DNA of 64,000 nt from Eledone cirrhosa (GCA_964016885.1 OZ024750.1:33418001-33482000); one strand, 5' to 3'; shown: positions 27,550 through 43,467, counted from the stretch's first letter. The notes: generated by a model from the letters alone, not told the origin. Made by a program: numbers and translations.

Positions 27550-27848
27550 GTGAGTAATCAGAGACATATTTTACGGGCAAAACCAACCAGCAGGAATCCC
27601 ACAGGTAGACCCCAAGGAAGATGGTTGGATAAGATTCATGAGCTTGGTTCGTCTTGCTTAGGGATCAAAACGGATCCGTTAGAGGCGAATGCTTCTAACA
27701 GGACCTGGTGGAAGGTGTGTTTGAGGACTCTGCCACCACGACCCTCTCAGGAAGAAGAAGAAGAAGAAGAAGAAGAAGAAGAAGAAGAAGAAGAAGAAGA
27801 AGAAGAAGAAGAAGAAGAAGAAGAAGAAGAAGAAGAAGAAGAAGAAGA
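27550..27848 (+). mobile_element. RTE LINE 3' end with (GAA)n tail
   Basis: KPTSRNPTGRPQGRWLDKI...LG......A.NRTWW...L..LPPRP followed by a pure GAA array. Confidence 0.8.
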
Positions 27849-29564
27849 CAGAGTAATCGTTTCTGTTGACATTGTAACCATTAAACAGTTTTATATGACG
27901 TTAAGTCAAATGTCACATACACTTCTCTTGTCATAACATTCACTATCCAATTAAATCGTATGAAGCTAAACAATAGTTTCCTAAATATATGTCTTCACAA
28001 TATTACAATATACTTCCAGAACCTTAATTCTGTTATGTGCGTCAAGCTAAATTGACTCTATACATTACGTGACGTTACCAGAATAGAATGTGCCATACTC
28101 AATTGAAGAGATACATTAGATGATCTTGTGTAATAATAAAATGTTGTTCTGTCTCTCTCTCATTTGTTTGTTGAAAGCAATTACATTTTCATTTATCCTC
28201 CTACAAATAAATATAAGCAATATGGATATCAAATCCCACTATCATTCAGTTTCCAAGGAGATTTCTAAGTTTCCAAGAACAAATTAGATTATTCTCTTTC
28301 AGTTCACCAATCGCATTTTGTCCTTTTTATGTGGTGTCAATATTTCGCTCTCTTTTCGAAGACTTGTGTCTATATCTAGTAATTATTATTTGCCTACACA
28401 ACTTAGTAAATAGATCACTCCATGCGTGTATGTTTAGGTCTAACAACTATAAGGATTATATCATAATTCACAAAACATTACTGATGATTTACATTGCATA
28501 TTCTTGTATGTTTGAATATGTTTATTATATAGTCGGAGAATGATGGCTCCCATAATATTTGTAGATTTCACGGATTACTGGGGTCATTGTGATTTATATA
28601 CGAATCCGTTCAAATGTTATTGGATATCTCTTCTGAGTTAATTACGGAATATTAAGAAAGAATTTCTACATTTACGCTGCGATTTGATCACTGTGATTTA
28701 CCGTCATCTATTCATCAATACTTGTGTCTATTTTCTATAAGTTGATAATCGGGAGCGAAGTTTTAAAGCATTGCTTAAAATCTAAGGAGGTGATACACAT
28801 TTAGAAAAAGTAAATGTTCATTGCCAATAATGATGTTAGTTTGTGTTCAACATTAACAAATATTCTGCTATTCAGCAGTTAGGTTTGGGAAGATATGTAT
28901 CATACTTACACAAACAAGTGAGGGTTGATGTTAAGAAGGGAAGCCAGTTATAGAATTTTGTTTCAAAGTATCTCATCCAACCCATGCTAGTGTGGGAAAA
29001 TTGATGTAAATTGATAAATTGATGACGATTAATAACAATTAATTTCAGGAAAATATTATGGTTGCAGTTTATTGAATTAGCTGGTATTATTGATGTGCTA
29101 GCATCCAAATGAGATTGTGATTAGGAAAAAGTATAATTTTGCTAAAGTTACATACATGACCTTTTCTACAGTATTTTTTTTTTCTTAAATTAGTTATTTA
29201 TTAAAACACCTTGTACGTATAAATATGAGTTACATAATGAATGTAACTTACAAGGAAACAAAATGTATGTATATGAATGCATATAAAAATGAGAAAACTC
29301 ATCGCTAGAACAGCCGCTAAAGCAGCTAAATGCTGTCAAAGACAGCGATGGGCAAAGATGCCTCGGAGGACAAAGATCAGCGGGCAGTGGTCAACTGAGA
29401 GACAATCCACAAGTTGGGTGACAGGCAGATGAAATATAGAAAAGATTCAAAGGAAGGGGAGGACAAGGACAAGTGTATCGGGTTACATACGACTAGTAAC
29501 ACTGCTAACACACACCTACATACACACACACGTGTGTGTGTGTGTGTGTGTGTAATGCGCTTTG

Positions 29565-29702
29565 CAAAGATTTCCGTCCATCCGATTCTAGTCTAAGTTG
29601 TTGTTCGATCCGAGGTTATAGGACACTTGTTAAAGGTGCCTTGCAATAGATCGAACGTGGAACCAAGTGGTTACCTGGCGAACATCTTAACCACACCACC
29701 AT
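29565..29702 (-). mobile_element. Degenerate SINE family B
   Basis: tttccgtc...cgaggttatag.gacacttg..aaggtgcc...ggaaccaagtggtt...cttaaccacac. Confidence 0.55.
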
Positions 29703-29797
29703 AACTTTGACCGTGACCAATGTATAGATATACACATGGATGTAAGTCTTCGTGTGAGTGAGAGGAAAGAGAGACACATATGTATGTGTATTTCTAT

Positions 29798-30122
29798 GCT
29801 GAAGGCCTATGGCTTTGTATTTTGGGTATTTGGATCACGATAGTAAGGTCGTGAGTTCGATCCCCGGCAGTGTGTTGTCTCCTTGAGCAAGACACTTTAT
29901 TTTTCGTTGCTCCAGTTCACTCAGCTGGCAAAAATGAGTTGTACCTGTTATTCAAAAGGTTAGCCTTGTTACATTATGTGTCAGGCCTAATCTCCCCGAG
30001 AACTAGGTTAAGGGTGTGCGTGTTTGTGGAATGCTCAGCCACTTGCATGTAAATTTAACGAGCAGGCTGTTCCGTTGATCATATCAACTGGAACACTCGC
30101 CGTCGTGACCGACGGAGGGTCA
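29798..30122 (+). mobile_element. tRNA-derived SINE family C
   Basis: tgaaggc..tggct head, B-box gagttcgatccc, then ccttgagcaagacactttattt..gttgctcc. Confidence 0.75.
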
Positions 30123-31128
30123 GTTATAGTTATTGCTACGCTGCTCTTATGTCTATATAAAAATATTAAATCAGCTGAGATTTAGTCAGCTTCAATTAAT
30201 CTGTTAAACCATTCAAATGAATAATATTTGCCAGAAGTCATTTATGATTTTAGACCAGAACTCAAATCCCTGTTTCCGGAATCATTTCCTGTAAACTTAA
30301 TACGTCGAATATGTTTGTTTTCTGAAATTTAGAATTTTTATTTCAAATAAAACAATAATACAATGTAATGTTTTACTAATAATATTACACATTGCCAATT
30401 CCAAACCTTATTTTAAAAAAAGTTGTTAACATTAGTATAAATATTAATTTAAATAGCTTGTTATTCTATTTGCTAACATTAATAGTAACAACTCTAAATA
30501 TGATATATTTATTTCACATCAAGTTACCAATATAGAAATACGTTTCCTATCTGAACAGATGTAGTGTATATATAACATACAACATAAAATAAAATGTACA
30601 ATTTATGTTATTTATTTATTGGGATATATGTATTTAAATATATTCTTTGATTTTGTAATAATTTCCACTTCAATTGGCTTTAAATGGCGTTAACTATAAT
30701 TTATTTCTAAACGCCATCATTTAACAGGAGATCCAACGAAACACATTTATAAACTAGTGAATGGCATTTGGCCTTTTATCGAGCTCTAGATCTAACCTCA
30801 CTGGTTCGAGCTACGAAAGGAAGCCAGCAGCGTCGACGCTATGCTTAATGATCAGTTGAGAGTGGCATGTCTTGGGGTGGTAATCATCACTTAGATGTCA
30901 TATAACCACTCTCCTAATTTTAAAATGTGCTGTAAGTACCATGTAACAAAATTAGCTTGGTGTATGGTTAACGAAAATTCCTTTGTTATATGTCTCTATT
31001 CACACTTTGGTTTAATATATAAAGTAGGATCTTGTCTATAGCTTTATGTCTCCATCTACAATTTATTTAGGTATTTGATAGGGTATTTGCTATAATACAT
31101 GTCTCCATCTCTATTATATATATATGTG

Positions 31129-31201
<73 letters not shown>

Positions 31202-32391
31202 GGATCTGTTTTATATTTTTCCTCTGTTTTATTCTCCCTTTGTTTAGATATAATAGGATCTTTGCTATATTTTACGCCTCTGTACACACTTAGTGTAGAT
31301 ATATATAATTACATTGAACCCTAGATTATCCCCCAAAGCTAAAATTGATTTAACTGATGAAATATGTCTGTAGGGTAACATTTTATAGGATTTTCTTTGC
31401 GAATCTGCAGAATAATTGAAAATAAATATGATAACAAACATTCACTGTTCCAGAGCCGTGAAGAAAGCGAATTATTTGGACAATAAATTGTATTATTTTC
31501 TGGGGGTTTTCTCAATAATAATACATGGGTGGTTTTGTAAATGTTAATAATTGATTCGAATAGTTGACATAGATACATTTATTCAAACGTAATACTTGAG
31601 AGCCCAGTAAATACTAAATCCATGATAAAAATATTAACAGCTAGAAATACCATAAATTTAGCAAACATTCATTGCATCTAAAAACAGAAATATTCATCTA
31701 TGTAATGTTTATCGCTACCTCAACGATGACCATGGCTATGTTCATGATTAGGTTAAGCAAACATTTTTACTTTAGCTTAACTACATGTTTTCTTTAAATG
31801 TAAATATATATTTCCCTGTTCATTTTTCCTCCTTTATCTCTATATTTTTCATTTAATGTTCATTCAAATCACACAAAGTAACTTAACAGTTTCTAAAGTT
31901 ACATTAAATATATCAGTGGCTACTTTTACACGAAAGTTGCTTGTTAGAAGTAGACATTAATGCGAACTGGGAGGAATCAAACAAGTATTACTCTTGAATC
32001 ATTTACCATTATCACGATTGAAGTTCAAGGAACTACAATTCTGATAGAAATAAAATAAATGAACATAAAATACGGACATAAGCCAAATATTTGTATAAAT
32101 GGGTTTATTCAAAAGTATTTTGGATATTCTTAATACACAAATTATTCTTAATACCGAAAAAAAATGAATTTTCGATGATAGTCGAATATTTGTTCAACAA
32201 AACAGCTGTTGTTATTGTTCATATTCATTTTGTTATGAAACCCCAAATGTACCGTACCATGCCCCGCCATATTGTTTCCTCCGATATATAGTAATTAATT
32301 CTGCAAGATATAATATAGTGGGACAATATAGTATGGCATGTTATTTTCTCATCACCGTCCAGCTTATTTTGATATGCATGTTGCTCTAGTT

Positions 32392-33566
32392 CAGAGGTTC
32401 TCAAACTGTTTGGGCCAGCCAACCTCCAACCCCACCCCTACATGGCCACATAATACCCTCAGTGTCCTCCAACCCTATTTCCTGATAAACCTGCCTACAC
32501 GCAAATTGTAAAAAACATATAATAAATAAAATCGTTAATTTATATATAATAAATAATATAATATATATTATGTATAAATAAATATTATATATTTTTTATT
32601 TTACTATATATAATATGTATAATTTGAATATTTAATATACTATTATATCATATGTATACAATACTATATTATTTAATATACTATTATATCATATGTATAC
32701 AATACTATAATATTTAATATACTATTATATCATATGTAAACAATAATATAATATTTAATATATTATTATATCATATGTATACAATACTATAATATTTAAT
32801 ATACTATTATATCATATGTATCCAATACTATAATATTTAATATACTATTATATCATATGTAAACAATAATATAATATTTAATATACTATTATATCATATG
32901 TATACAATACTATAATATTTAATATACTATTATATCATATGTATACAATACTATAATATTTAATATACTATTATATCATATGTATACAATACTATAATAT
33001 TTAATATACTATTATATCATATGTATACAATACTATAATATTTAATATACTATTATATCATATGTATACAATACTATAATATTTAATATACTATTATATC
33101 ATATGTATACAATACTATAATATTTAATATACTATTATATCATATGTATACAATACTATAATATTTAATATACTATTATATCATATGTATACAATACTAT
33201 AATATTTAATATAGTATTATATCATATGTATACAATACTATATTATTTAATATACTATTATATCGTATGTATCCAATACTATAATATTTAATATACTATT
33301 ATATCATATGTATACAATACTATAATATTTAATATACTATTATATCGTATGTATCCAATACTATAATATTTAATATACTATTATATCATATGTATACAAT
33401 ACTATAATAATATTCACGTACATGGGCGGAACGACACCTACAGCTTTTCTGTTCCTCCCGACGTCCCTTTTTTCTCTACCGCCCCCACCGATCCCTTAGA
33501 CTTCAACACTCCCTGGACCTTCTCAACGCCCCACGGGGGCGGTAGCACCCACTTTGAGAACCTCTG
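32392..33566. mobile_element. hAT-type MITE (same family as 9955-10302) expanded by an internal minisatellite
   Basis: Terminal inverted repeats CAGAGGTTCTCAAA / TTTGAGAACCTCTG; 8-bp target duplication CTCTAGTT / CTCGAGTT; shared internal segments. Confidence 0.85.
32628..33410. repeat. 41-bp minisatellite, about 19 units
   Basis: aatatttaatatactattatatcatatgtatacaatactat repeated head to tail with few variants. Confidence 0.92.
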
Positions 33567-33682
33567 CTCGAGTTGCTTAGTAATATGGGTCTGGTTGTTG
33601 AACAACAACCATACCCAAACAAACAATACTGACGTAAGGGAAAAATAAATAAATAAATAAATAAATATATATATATATATAC

Positions 33683-33729
<47 letters not shown>

Positions 33730-33746
33730 CATATATATATATATAC

Positions 33747-35299
<1,553 letters not shown>

Positions 35300-35309
35300 T
35301 ATATATATA

Positions 35310-35417
35310 TAGGAACCAGTAAGACCCCGACGGCTGAGCTCAAGCCGTTTCGACGTATTGAGTATTGAGTACTTTGGTGCGTTATGGTCCACCTGGTTCC
35401 TTACCACATTTCCTTCG

Positions 35418-35418
<1 letters not shown>
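35310..35418. mobile_element. Family P rearranged copy abutting the LINE 5' junction
   Basis: Antisense short arm 35310-35356 joined to the sense 3' part 35357-35418. Confidence 0.75.
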
Positions 35419-35465
<47 letters not shown>

Positions 35466-35469
<4 letters not shown>

Positions 35470-36290
35470 CAACTAGAAATTGATTGACATATATATATAT
35501 TTAAAATAAACACATGAAACAATCACAGGGGATAATTTGTAAAGTGGGTAATCACATATAGCTAGGTAGGTAACTAATTAAAGTTTAACTAGAGCTTCAA
35601 ATATTACCTTTTAAAAAATGATTAATCCTCCTTGTATATATTTCATTAAAGAAATATATTTCACCAATAATCCGTAAAGTCACAGTAGTCAAATGTTGGA
35701 TCTTCAGCAAGGGGGAAGAAATAACTATCTGTGTTTACACATCAAATGCAAATCTGCGAGTGACCCGTCGCACGTGTTGCAATTCTAAAACTAATAACAA
35801 CATGCTAGCGTCCACCCATTGGCGTGAATAGGTTGGTCGACAGCTATAAATAGCAGCCGAGTCATTTCAACCGATGTATCTCTACAATTAAGGAGCCGTT
35901 TATATATCCAAAATAAATTAAATTAAATTAAATTAAGGGAGTCATGTCCGAGACATGCGCCATATCCATTATTGGTGAAATATATTTTTTTAATGAAATA
36001 TATACAAGGAGGATTAATCATTTTTTAAAAGGTAATATTTGAAGCTCTAGTTAAACTTTAATTAGTTACCTACCTAGCTATGTGTGATTACACACTTTAC
36101 AAATTATACCCTGTGATTGTTTCATGTGTTTATTTTAAATATATATATGTCAATCAATTTCTAGTTGATATAAAATGCTCGGATCTATTCATTGGAATCT
36201 TTGAGCTTATTCTACGGTGGGTATGACGCATATCTCGGACATGACTCCCTTAATTTAATTTAATTTAATTTAATTTATTTCGGATATATA
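35466..36290. repeat. Interleaved fold-back repeats (35466-35672/35969-36172 and ~35902-35964/36222-36290)
   Basis: ~205-bp and ~65-bp reverse-complement arm pairs, bounded by (TA)n. Confidence 0.85.
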
Positions 36291-36499
36291 TATATATATA
36301 CAAGTACAATAACACCAAACACATATAAACACACACTAGTGAACAAAGATAGAATACAAACACAAAAACGCATACACTCAAACACGAACACACACGCAAG
36401 CGCATGCGCAAGCAGAGAGATAGAGACAAGAATAAATAAATTAATTAATTAAATAAAAATGGCGTAGCCATTACAATACAACGGGAGGAAACACAATAG

Positions 36500-36543
36500 T
36501 ACCACTGATGATGTCACAGATGTGTGACGAAAGAAGATTGATA
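36500..36543 (+). ncRNA. Minimal hammerhead motif (helix III damaged in this copy)
   Basis: TACCA-CTGATGA-T-GTCACA-GATG-TGTGAC-GAAA-GAAGAT-TGATA; the sibling near 37520-37552 has GAAAG-AA-CTT-TGATAG. Confidence 0.55.
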
Positions 36544-36837
36544 GACTATATATATACATTTATATCTGTATGTTTAACCGTTGGTCAATCAATAATAAAC
36601 ATTGATTGCCAGATAAATTAACTATGGAGATATAAAATATACAGAAGCGGAAACCAATCCAAACCAAACAGTGAGTGTGTTCTGTTATTATTTCTGGCAA
36701 TATTACAACAATATGACCCCCCCCTCCAAGTATAACAATATTTGTTTCGACACACGATTTCATATCAAAAACATTGCAAAACAAATATATATATATAAAT
36801 TAAACACCGTCACAGTATATATATATATATATAAAAG

Positions 36838-37042
36838 GATCGATCGACTTTCGTCAAATCGGACCGAGGAAACAATGGTTTCGTCGGTCTTTCCAGTTGC
36901 TAATACTATCTATCGGTCGCAACTCCAGGTAGAAGGAGCAACGTGAAATAAAGTGTTTTGCTCAAGGACCGGTCCAGGAATCGAACTCACAATCTCAAGA
37001 TTGTGAATCCAGTTCTCTAACCACTCAGCCACACGCCTTCAC
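36838..37042 (-). mobile_element. tRNA-derived SINE with a family C-like head
   Basis: Minus strand gtgaaggcgtgtggctgagtggttag...gagttcgattcc...ccttgagcaaaacactttatttcacgttgctcc; related partial copy at 62913-63050. Confidence 0.75.
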
Positions 37043-37313
37043 TATATATACAAGTACAATAACACCAAACACATATAAACACACACTAGTGAACAAAGAT
37101 AGAATACAAACACAAAAACGCATACACTCAAATACGAACACACACGCAAACGCACAGAGAAAGCTTTAAGCAATACTCTGACCGGCTTCCGTCTCACTCA
37201 ACAAACATGGCGGCGATGAATTTTTTTTGTACGTCTTTTGATATGAAATCGTATGTTGAAACAAATATTGTTATATTTGGAGAGGATCATATAGTTGTAA
37301 TATTGCCAGATAT

Positions 37314-37462
37314 AATAATTATTTCTACTTTTGGCACAAGGCCAGCAATTATCCCAGTGCATTACTGGTACTTTATTTCACCGACCTCTGTATGGATGAA
37401 AGGCAAAGTTAACCTCGGCGGGATTTGAACTCAGACCATAAAGGGCCGTAACTCTTTGCGTC
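37314..37462 (-). mobile_element. SINE family A, 5'-truncated
   Basis: Consensus match. Confidence 0.8.
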
Positions 37463-37570
37463 ACTGTCTGGTTTGGGTTGATTTTCGCTTCCGTATATTT
37501 TATATCCTTATAGTTAATTTCACAGGTGTGTGGTGAAAGAACTTTGATAGACTATATATATATATATATA

Positions 37571-37914
37571 CCCGCCTCTTAATGAGAATGCAAAACCTAT
37601 CCTGGAAACGACATCCCACCTTGTCTAAAATCTATGGCAAACTCCCTCGAGCCTCTGCCCTTCTAAAATCCCGGAGAGCTCAATTTGCTGGCCACTGTCA
37701 CCGTGCCAGCAATGAAATCATATCCGCTCTCTTGCTCTGGAACCCTGACTCCAGCCTGACTAGGAGTAGGAAGCTGTCATTCCCTGACGTTATCTCTAGG
37801 GATACGGGAATCAGTAGACAGGACCTGGGGGCAGCGATGGGGGACAGGGAATTCTGGGGCATGAGAGTGAGATCCATCATCTCGACAGTAGTCGGCGAAT
37901 GATGATGATGATGA
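37571..37914 (+). mobile_element. RTE-group LINE 3' end with (TGA)n tail
   Basis: NLSWKRHPT...YG.LP.....K.RR.QFAGHC.R...EIIS.LLLW.P...MGDREFW; stop followed by tgatgatga. Confidence 0.8.
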
Positions 37915-38068
37915 TATATATATATATATATATATTTTTTTAACTGTTGATCAATCAATGATAAACACTGATTGCTAGATAAATTAACTATAGAGATATA
38001 AAATACATGGAAGCGAAAACCAACCCAAACCAAACAGTGAGTGTGTTTTATTATTATTTCTGGCAATA

Positions 38069-38240
38069 AGGGCGGTGAATTGGCAGTATCGGTAGAGGGT
38101 TGGACGCCATGCTTTCCAGCACAGTTCAAATCCCCTCGAGGTTAACTTTGCCTTTCATCCTTACGGGGTCGATTAAATAAAGTACCAGTAATGTACTGGG
38201 TAATTGCTGGCCTTGTGCTAAAAGTAGAAACAAGTATTAT
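38069..38240 (+). mobile_element. SINE family A
   Basis: Consensus match with an approximate flanking duplication. Confidence 0.8.
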
Positions 38241-38282
38241 TTATGCCAATATTAATAATAATATGACTCTCCCCAAATTTAA

Positions 38283-38316
<34 letters not shown>

Positions 38317-38342
38317 GTTTGTATATATATATATATATATAT

Positions 38343-38790
38343 ATAAACGTTTGTATATGTATAATAAAGCCAAAGCAATGCAGGTATGGACATAGAATAA
38401 AGAATTCACATGCAAATGATATTGTTGACAATTAGTCTTTTACCTTAGATTTATTTAAATGTCCTTAATTTTCGAGATAATATCTCTTCTTCGGAGGGAA
38501 GTAAAGCGGTTAAACCAGCGTTCTAAATAGCTTGCCAAGTCACTTGCCAAGTGACTTGGCAAGCTATTTAGAACGCTGGTTTAACCGCTTTACTTCCCTC
38601 CGAAGAAGAGATATTATCTCGAAAATTAAGGACATTTAAATAAATCTAAGGTAAAAGACTAATTGTCAACAATATCATTTGCATGTGCATTCTTTATTCT
38701 ATGTCCATACCTGCATTGTTTTGGCTTTATTATACATATAGAAACGTTTATACCTCATTACACAATGCTTCAAGTGAACTATAACCTCCT

Positions 38791-38792
<2 letters not shown>
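38343..38792. mobile_element. Fold-back element family R, copy 1 (arms ~205 bp, centre 38547)
   Basis: Near-perfect palindrome between (TA)n tracts; contains CCT-CCGAAGA-AGAGATATTATCTC-GAAAATTA-AGG, a hammerhead-like motif. Confidence 0.8.
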
Positions 38793-38829
<37 letters not shown>

Positions 38830-39030
38830 TAACGAAGGAAGTATGGTAAGAAACCAGGTGGACCAAAACGCTCCAGAGTACTCGATACTTTGGGTAGTAG
38901 AGTGGGTAACAGGAAAAGAGTCAGGACACCGACGACAGAGCTCAAGCCGTTTCGACGGCTATTTCTGGACTGTCCAGAAAAAGCCGTCAGAACGGCTTGA
39001 GCTCAGCCGTCGGGGTCCTGACTCTTTTCC

Positions 39031-39031
<1 letters not shown>
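38830..39031. mobile_element. Family P fold-back copy
   Basis: Full arm 38830-38971, inverted short arm 38972-39031. Confidence 0.8.
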
Positions 39032-39101
<70 letters not shown>

Positions 39102-39169
39102 GGTAAACAGAAATAACAACACAATCGGTACAGATATATACTGTTATATACGCATGGATGATTCTTGAG

Positions 39170-39440
39170 GTCATGTTCGAAAACTTTAGCATTAAAGTAT
39201 ATATTAATGCACGAAAGATTATATACTGCCAGCTTACAATTATATTACCTTTGAAATCACGAGTAAAAACCCTTTGTTATACCAATTCTATATTTAGGAG
39301 TCCTCAAATGTTCAACTGCCTACCTAATAAATTATCATCCAAGATATTAATATATGAACTCCTGGCCAGGATACAACATACACCCATGAAATTACAAGAC
39401 TGAAAGGAAAACAGATTAAAGCGAGGCTCCAGCATGATCG
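39170..39440 (+). mobile_element. Degenerate CR1-like LINE 3' fragment
   Basis: LKSRVKTL..NSIFRSPQMFNCLP parallels KSQLITTIRHNYF..GPALFNITP of the LINE at 33953. Confidence 0.45.
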
Positions 39441-39588
39441 CAGTTCAGCTACTAAACCCAATAAAAGAATGAATATATATATATATATTATAGATGCAAA
39501 AGGTAAACTGGAAAAAAAAGAAACAAACAACATAGTACAATGAAGAAATATATTTGTTTAATGTTTGATATAGGTTTAAAAGTGTATT

Positions 39589-39639
<51 letters not shown>

Positions 39640-39777
39640 ATATATATATATTTTATATATATATATATTTGTATATATATATAGATATATATATACGTGC
39701 AGTCTCGGTTACACACTGTATTTAATTCATACAGATATAACTTTATCATACACTTCGGGTGATAGCGCACCTCTTCC

Positions 39778-39824
<47 letters not shown>

Positions 39825-39833
39825 GTGTGTATG

Positions 39834-39931
<98 letters not shown>

Positions 39932-40687
39932 CATACATATATATGTATATATATATATATATATATGTATTTCTCTCTCTCTCTCGAAACCGGTCATTTT
40001 TTGTACCCTTTATTCTTTCCTTACTTTATAAAATTATATGTTTTTTCACAAAAAAGTATTCTGTCTCTTATATATTCCATGTGCCATTACCAACCTCAAT
40101 TTTCTCTATAACCTTCGTTTTGTGTAGAAACTTACACTTTTCATATATATATATATATATATATGATCTTATTAGAATTCCTCATAGACGTATCGTCTGC
40201 AATGTACTTACCGATGTATCACTAAGACTAAGTCAATGCACAAACATTTACAATTGTTTGTCAGAGAAAACATACAACGACCAGAGAATATATTCCTCTT
40301 AGACGTCATCTACGTTAAAAACCATATTTCTGTGAGTGTTGCTGGTTTGAAATACAAGAATTTTTTATGTAACTTGACTCAAGAACTAATCATTGCTAAG
40401 CTACTGAATGAGTATGTATATGTGGTGTGTTTATGTATGTATGTATGTATGTTCTTCTGGTTTTATAATTTCATAAACTTTTGCCAATAGAGAGAGAGTC
40501 GGTTTCTAACATAGTTACAAGACTCTTTCATTGGAATATACACAACATCAATTAGGTAGATATGTATGCATGTCTGCATGCATGCATGTGTAGATATGGA
40601 TGTTACTGTATGTGTGGATGTGTATGTTTTGAGTTGTATGTGTGCATGTGTATATGCTTTGTAACTGTACATGTGTATATGTAGTTA

Positions 40688-41097
40688 TTAGATGCAAAAT
40701 TTTGGGATTGTTTTACATATTTTTACTGTTTCATTAATGGATTGTACTTGTAATTTCCTAACTAGTTGTGTACTTTCTGCTCCCCTGAAGCCCAGCTTCT
40801 CAAGATTTGTATTGAGGCAGTTTCTAACATATCCCAGTGCCCCAATAATCACAGGCATAAATCTGAAGGTATAATCAGGATGGAGTATCTGCAGATTTCT
40901 CACCAGTTCTGCAGAAATATTCTCCTTTTCGCTAATCTTTGATTGGCATCTGCTGGACAGCTAACTTCCACTACTCTGCATGCCTTCTTTTCCCTGTCCC
41001 ATATAATATTTGGTCTGTTATACCTGCATTTTATTGAGGTTTTTACTGGCACATTCCACCAGTACTCTTTTATATTATGTATATGTATGTCTTCCAC
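40688..41097 (-). mobile_element. RLE-type (R4/NeSL-like) non-LTR retrotransposon C-terminal fragment
   Basis: YWWNVPVKT..KC.YNRPNIIWDREKK.C.VVEVSCP.D.N, then P.Y.F.F.PVIIGALG; frameshifted. Confidence 0.75.
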
Positions 41098-41224
41098 ATT
41101 GCTGTAGCTTTTAATGTGTATGTATGTATGTATGTATGTGTGTATGTATGTATGTGTGTATGTATGTATGTGTGTATGTATGTATGTGTGTATGTATGTA
41201 TGTGTGTATGTATGTATGTGTGTA

Positions 41225-41835
41225 TGTCAGGTCACCAGTTGGTGCTACTGGTAACATGTATCCCAGTATAACCTGTCTCATGGTCGGGTCGTTGGCGACT
41301 AAACTAGCAACCCCACTAAGGTTTCTTGGTGAGGAGGGTGACTTTGGACATCCTGCAGGACTAAAAACAAAACCTGTCAAAGGGCAAAGGAGCTCTTAAG
41401 AGTAAATGGCCATCCAAAATCACCGGGAGAGATGACCCCTTAGCCTTTGTCAAGACAGAATTCTAGGAGAAGGAAAACTCTGATATAGCACCTGCAACCC
41501 TGATGGTATCCAATGATGTTGACTTGTTCTTCTTTTTGGTAAATATCATCTTGGTTTAGAGAGTGGGACTGGCTTTGTGCAGTTCCTTTGCTCACTATAA
41601 AAGCTTCACGGCACAGGCATTGCTTTATATCTGGAGATCTCTCTGCACTTGTCGTCACATAGTACCATGGGCCCAGCACTATGTGTCAATAATTATCACA
41701 AGTGTAGTGTTTGTTCCAGAGTTTTCAAGTCGCTGGCTGGACTAAAAAGTCACACTCGTTCAGCGCATCGGTAGGGGTTCTCCTACATGGATATAAAGTA
41801 GTGGCCGTACTCTAAAACGAGTTGGCAGCCACCAT
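41225..41835 (+). mobile_element. ~600-bp non-coding interspersed element, copy 1
   Basis: Highly similar inverted copy at 58410-59018 and partial relative at 52815-53060; carries ctaggagaaggaaaactctga, a motif I recall from RTE 5' UTRs. Confidence 0.75.
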
Positions 41836-41939
41836 GTGTGTATGCATATATAGATGTATGTATGTGTGGGGGGTGTATGTATGAGTGTATGTAGGTATGC
41901 ATGTACGTGTGTATGTATATATTCGTGCCGGCTCTCTGC

Positions 41940-42203
41940 TTTCTGAGTTCAAATCCCGTCAAGGTCAACTTTGCCTTTCATCCTTTCAAGGTCGATAAAC
42001 AAAAAGTACCAGATAGTACTTGGGTCGATTCGGCTTCCATATCTCTTTCTCATTTCCTCTCTCTCACTTTCTATCTTTGTCTGGAAGAAATCTACTGTAC
42101 TCAGACCTGGAGAGGGATGGGCTCCGGCAGGCTTAAAATGCCCAAGAAAGGGAGTATATCGAAGCGGCACCCCTACGACTCTATAAGGCATTACGGGACC
42201 ATA
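41940..42203 (+). mobile_element. SINE family A, long-tail subfamily
   Basis: Core, CT-rich linker and shared tail. Confidence 0.7.
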
Positions 42204-42799
42204 CATACATGTATAATATAATCACAAAATCTGCTGTTGTCCCTTACAAGGAATTTTCTTTAATATAAATTCGTTGTAAATTCAAATCCATAATCTATTC
42301 TTATACGAGACTGGCAAGAATAATGATTTCCCGAAGGTATATCAGTAATTGATGTTCTTTTTATTGTTACAGCTCTATCTCTCGGCTTATTTTACAAACA
42401 TTCTTAACAAATTTCAGCTCATATCGATTACGAATTTCAGACAGTTTCCTCTAGTCACATTGTTTCTAACAAGATTTGTTAAATTCTATTTCCAGTCTTC
42501 TATACATTTTAATTAAACACTATCTTAATGAAACAAAACAAATATATATATATGTGTGTGTGTGTATGTGTGTCTGTATGTCTATGTGTCTGTGTGTGTG
42601 TGTGTATGTGTGTGTGTCTATGTGTCTGTGTGTGTATGCCTGTGTGTGTGTCTATGTGTCTCTGTGTGTGTGTGTGTGTATCCGTAGGTATGAAAAAGGA
42701 AAATGGAAAACAGTGCTCAATCGGGAAGAGAATTGATATATTGTATTATTCATTTATGTTCACACACGGAACTCAAGTAGCACTTTTGTACATTGTATG

Positions 42800-43467
<668 letters not shown>

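Larger units (their letters stand above)
36296..38285. repeat. Mosaic of direct and inverted copies of one repeat, interrupted by SINEs and an RTE fragment
   Basis: 36296-36400 = 37046-37150; 36575-36780 recurs at 37940-38068 (direct) and 37225-37320/37460-37520 (inverted). Confidence 0.7.

Noticed and set aside
32628-33410. Regular 41-bp array as a possible CRISPR
   Set aside because: Units are contiguous with no unique spacers, there are no cas genes, and the context is a eukaryotic MITE
35300-35407. N-terminus [14 protein letters not shown] of the 484-aa ORF as a real RT start
   Set aside because: It is family P repeat sequence read through the junction; the same peptide appears at other family P loci
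39975-40000. GAAACCGGTC half-motif after (CT)n
   Set aside because: No 5' core visible; too short to distinguish from chance
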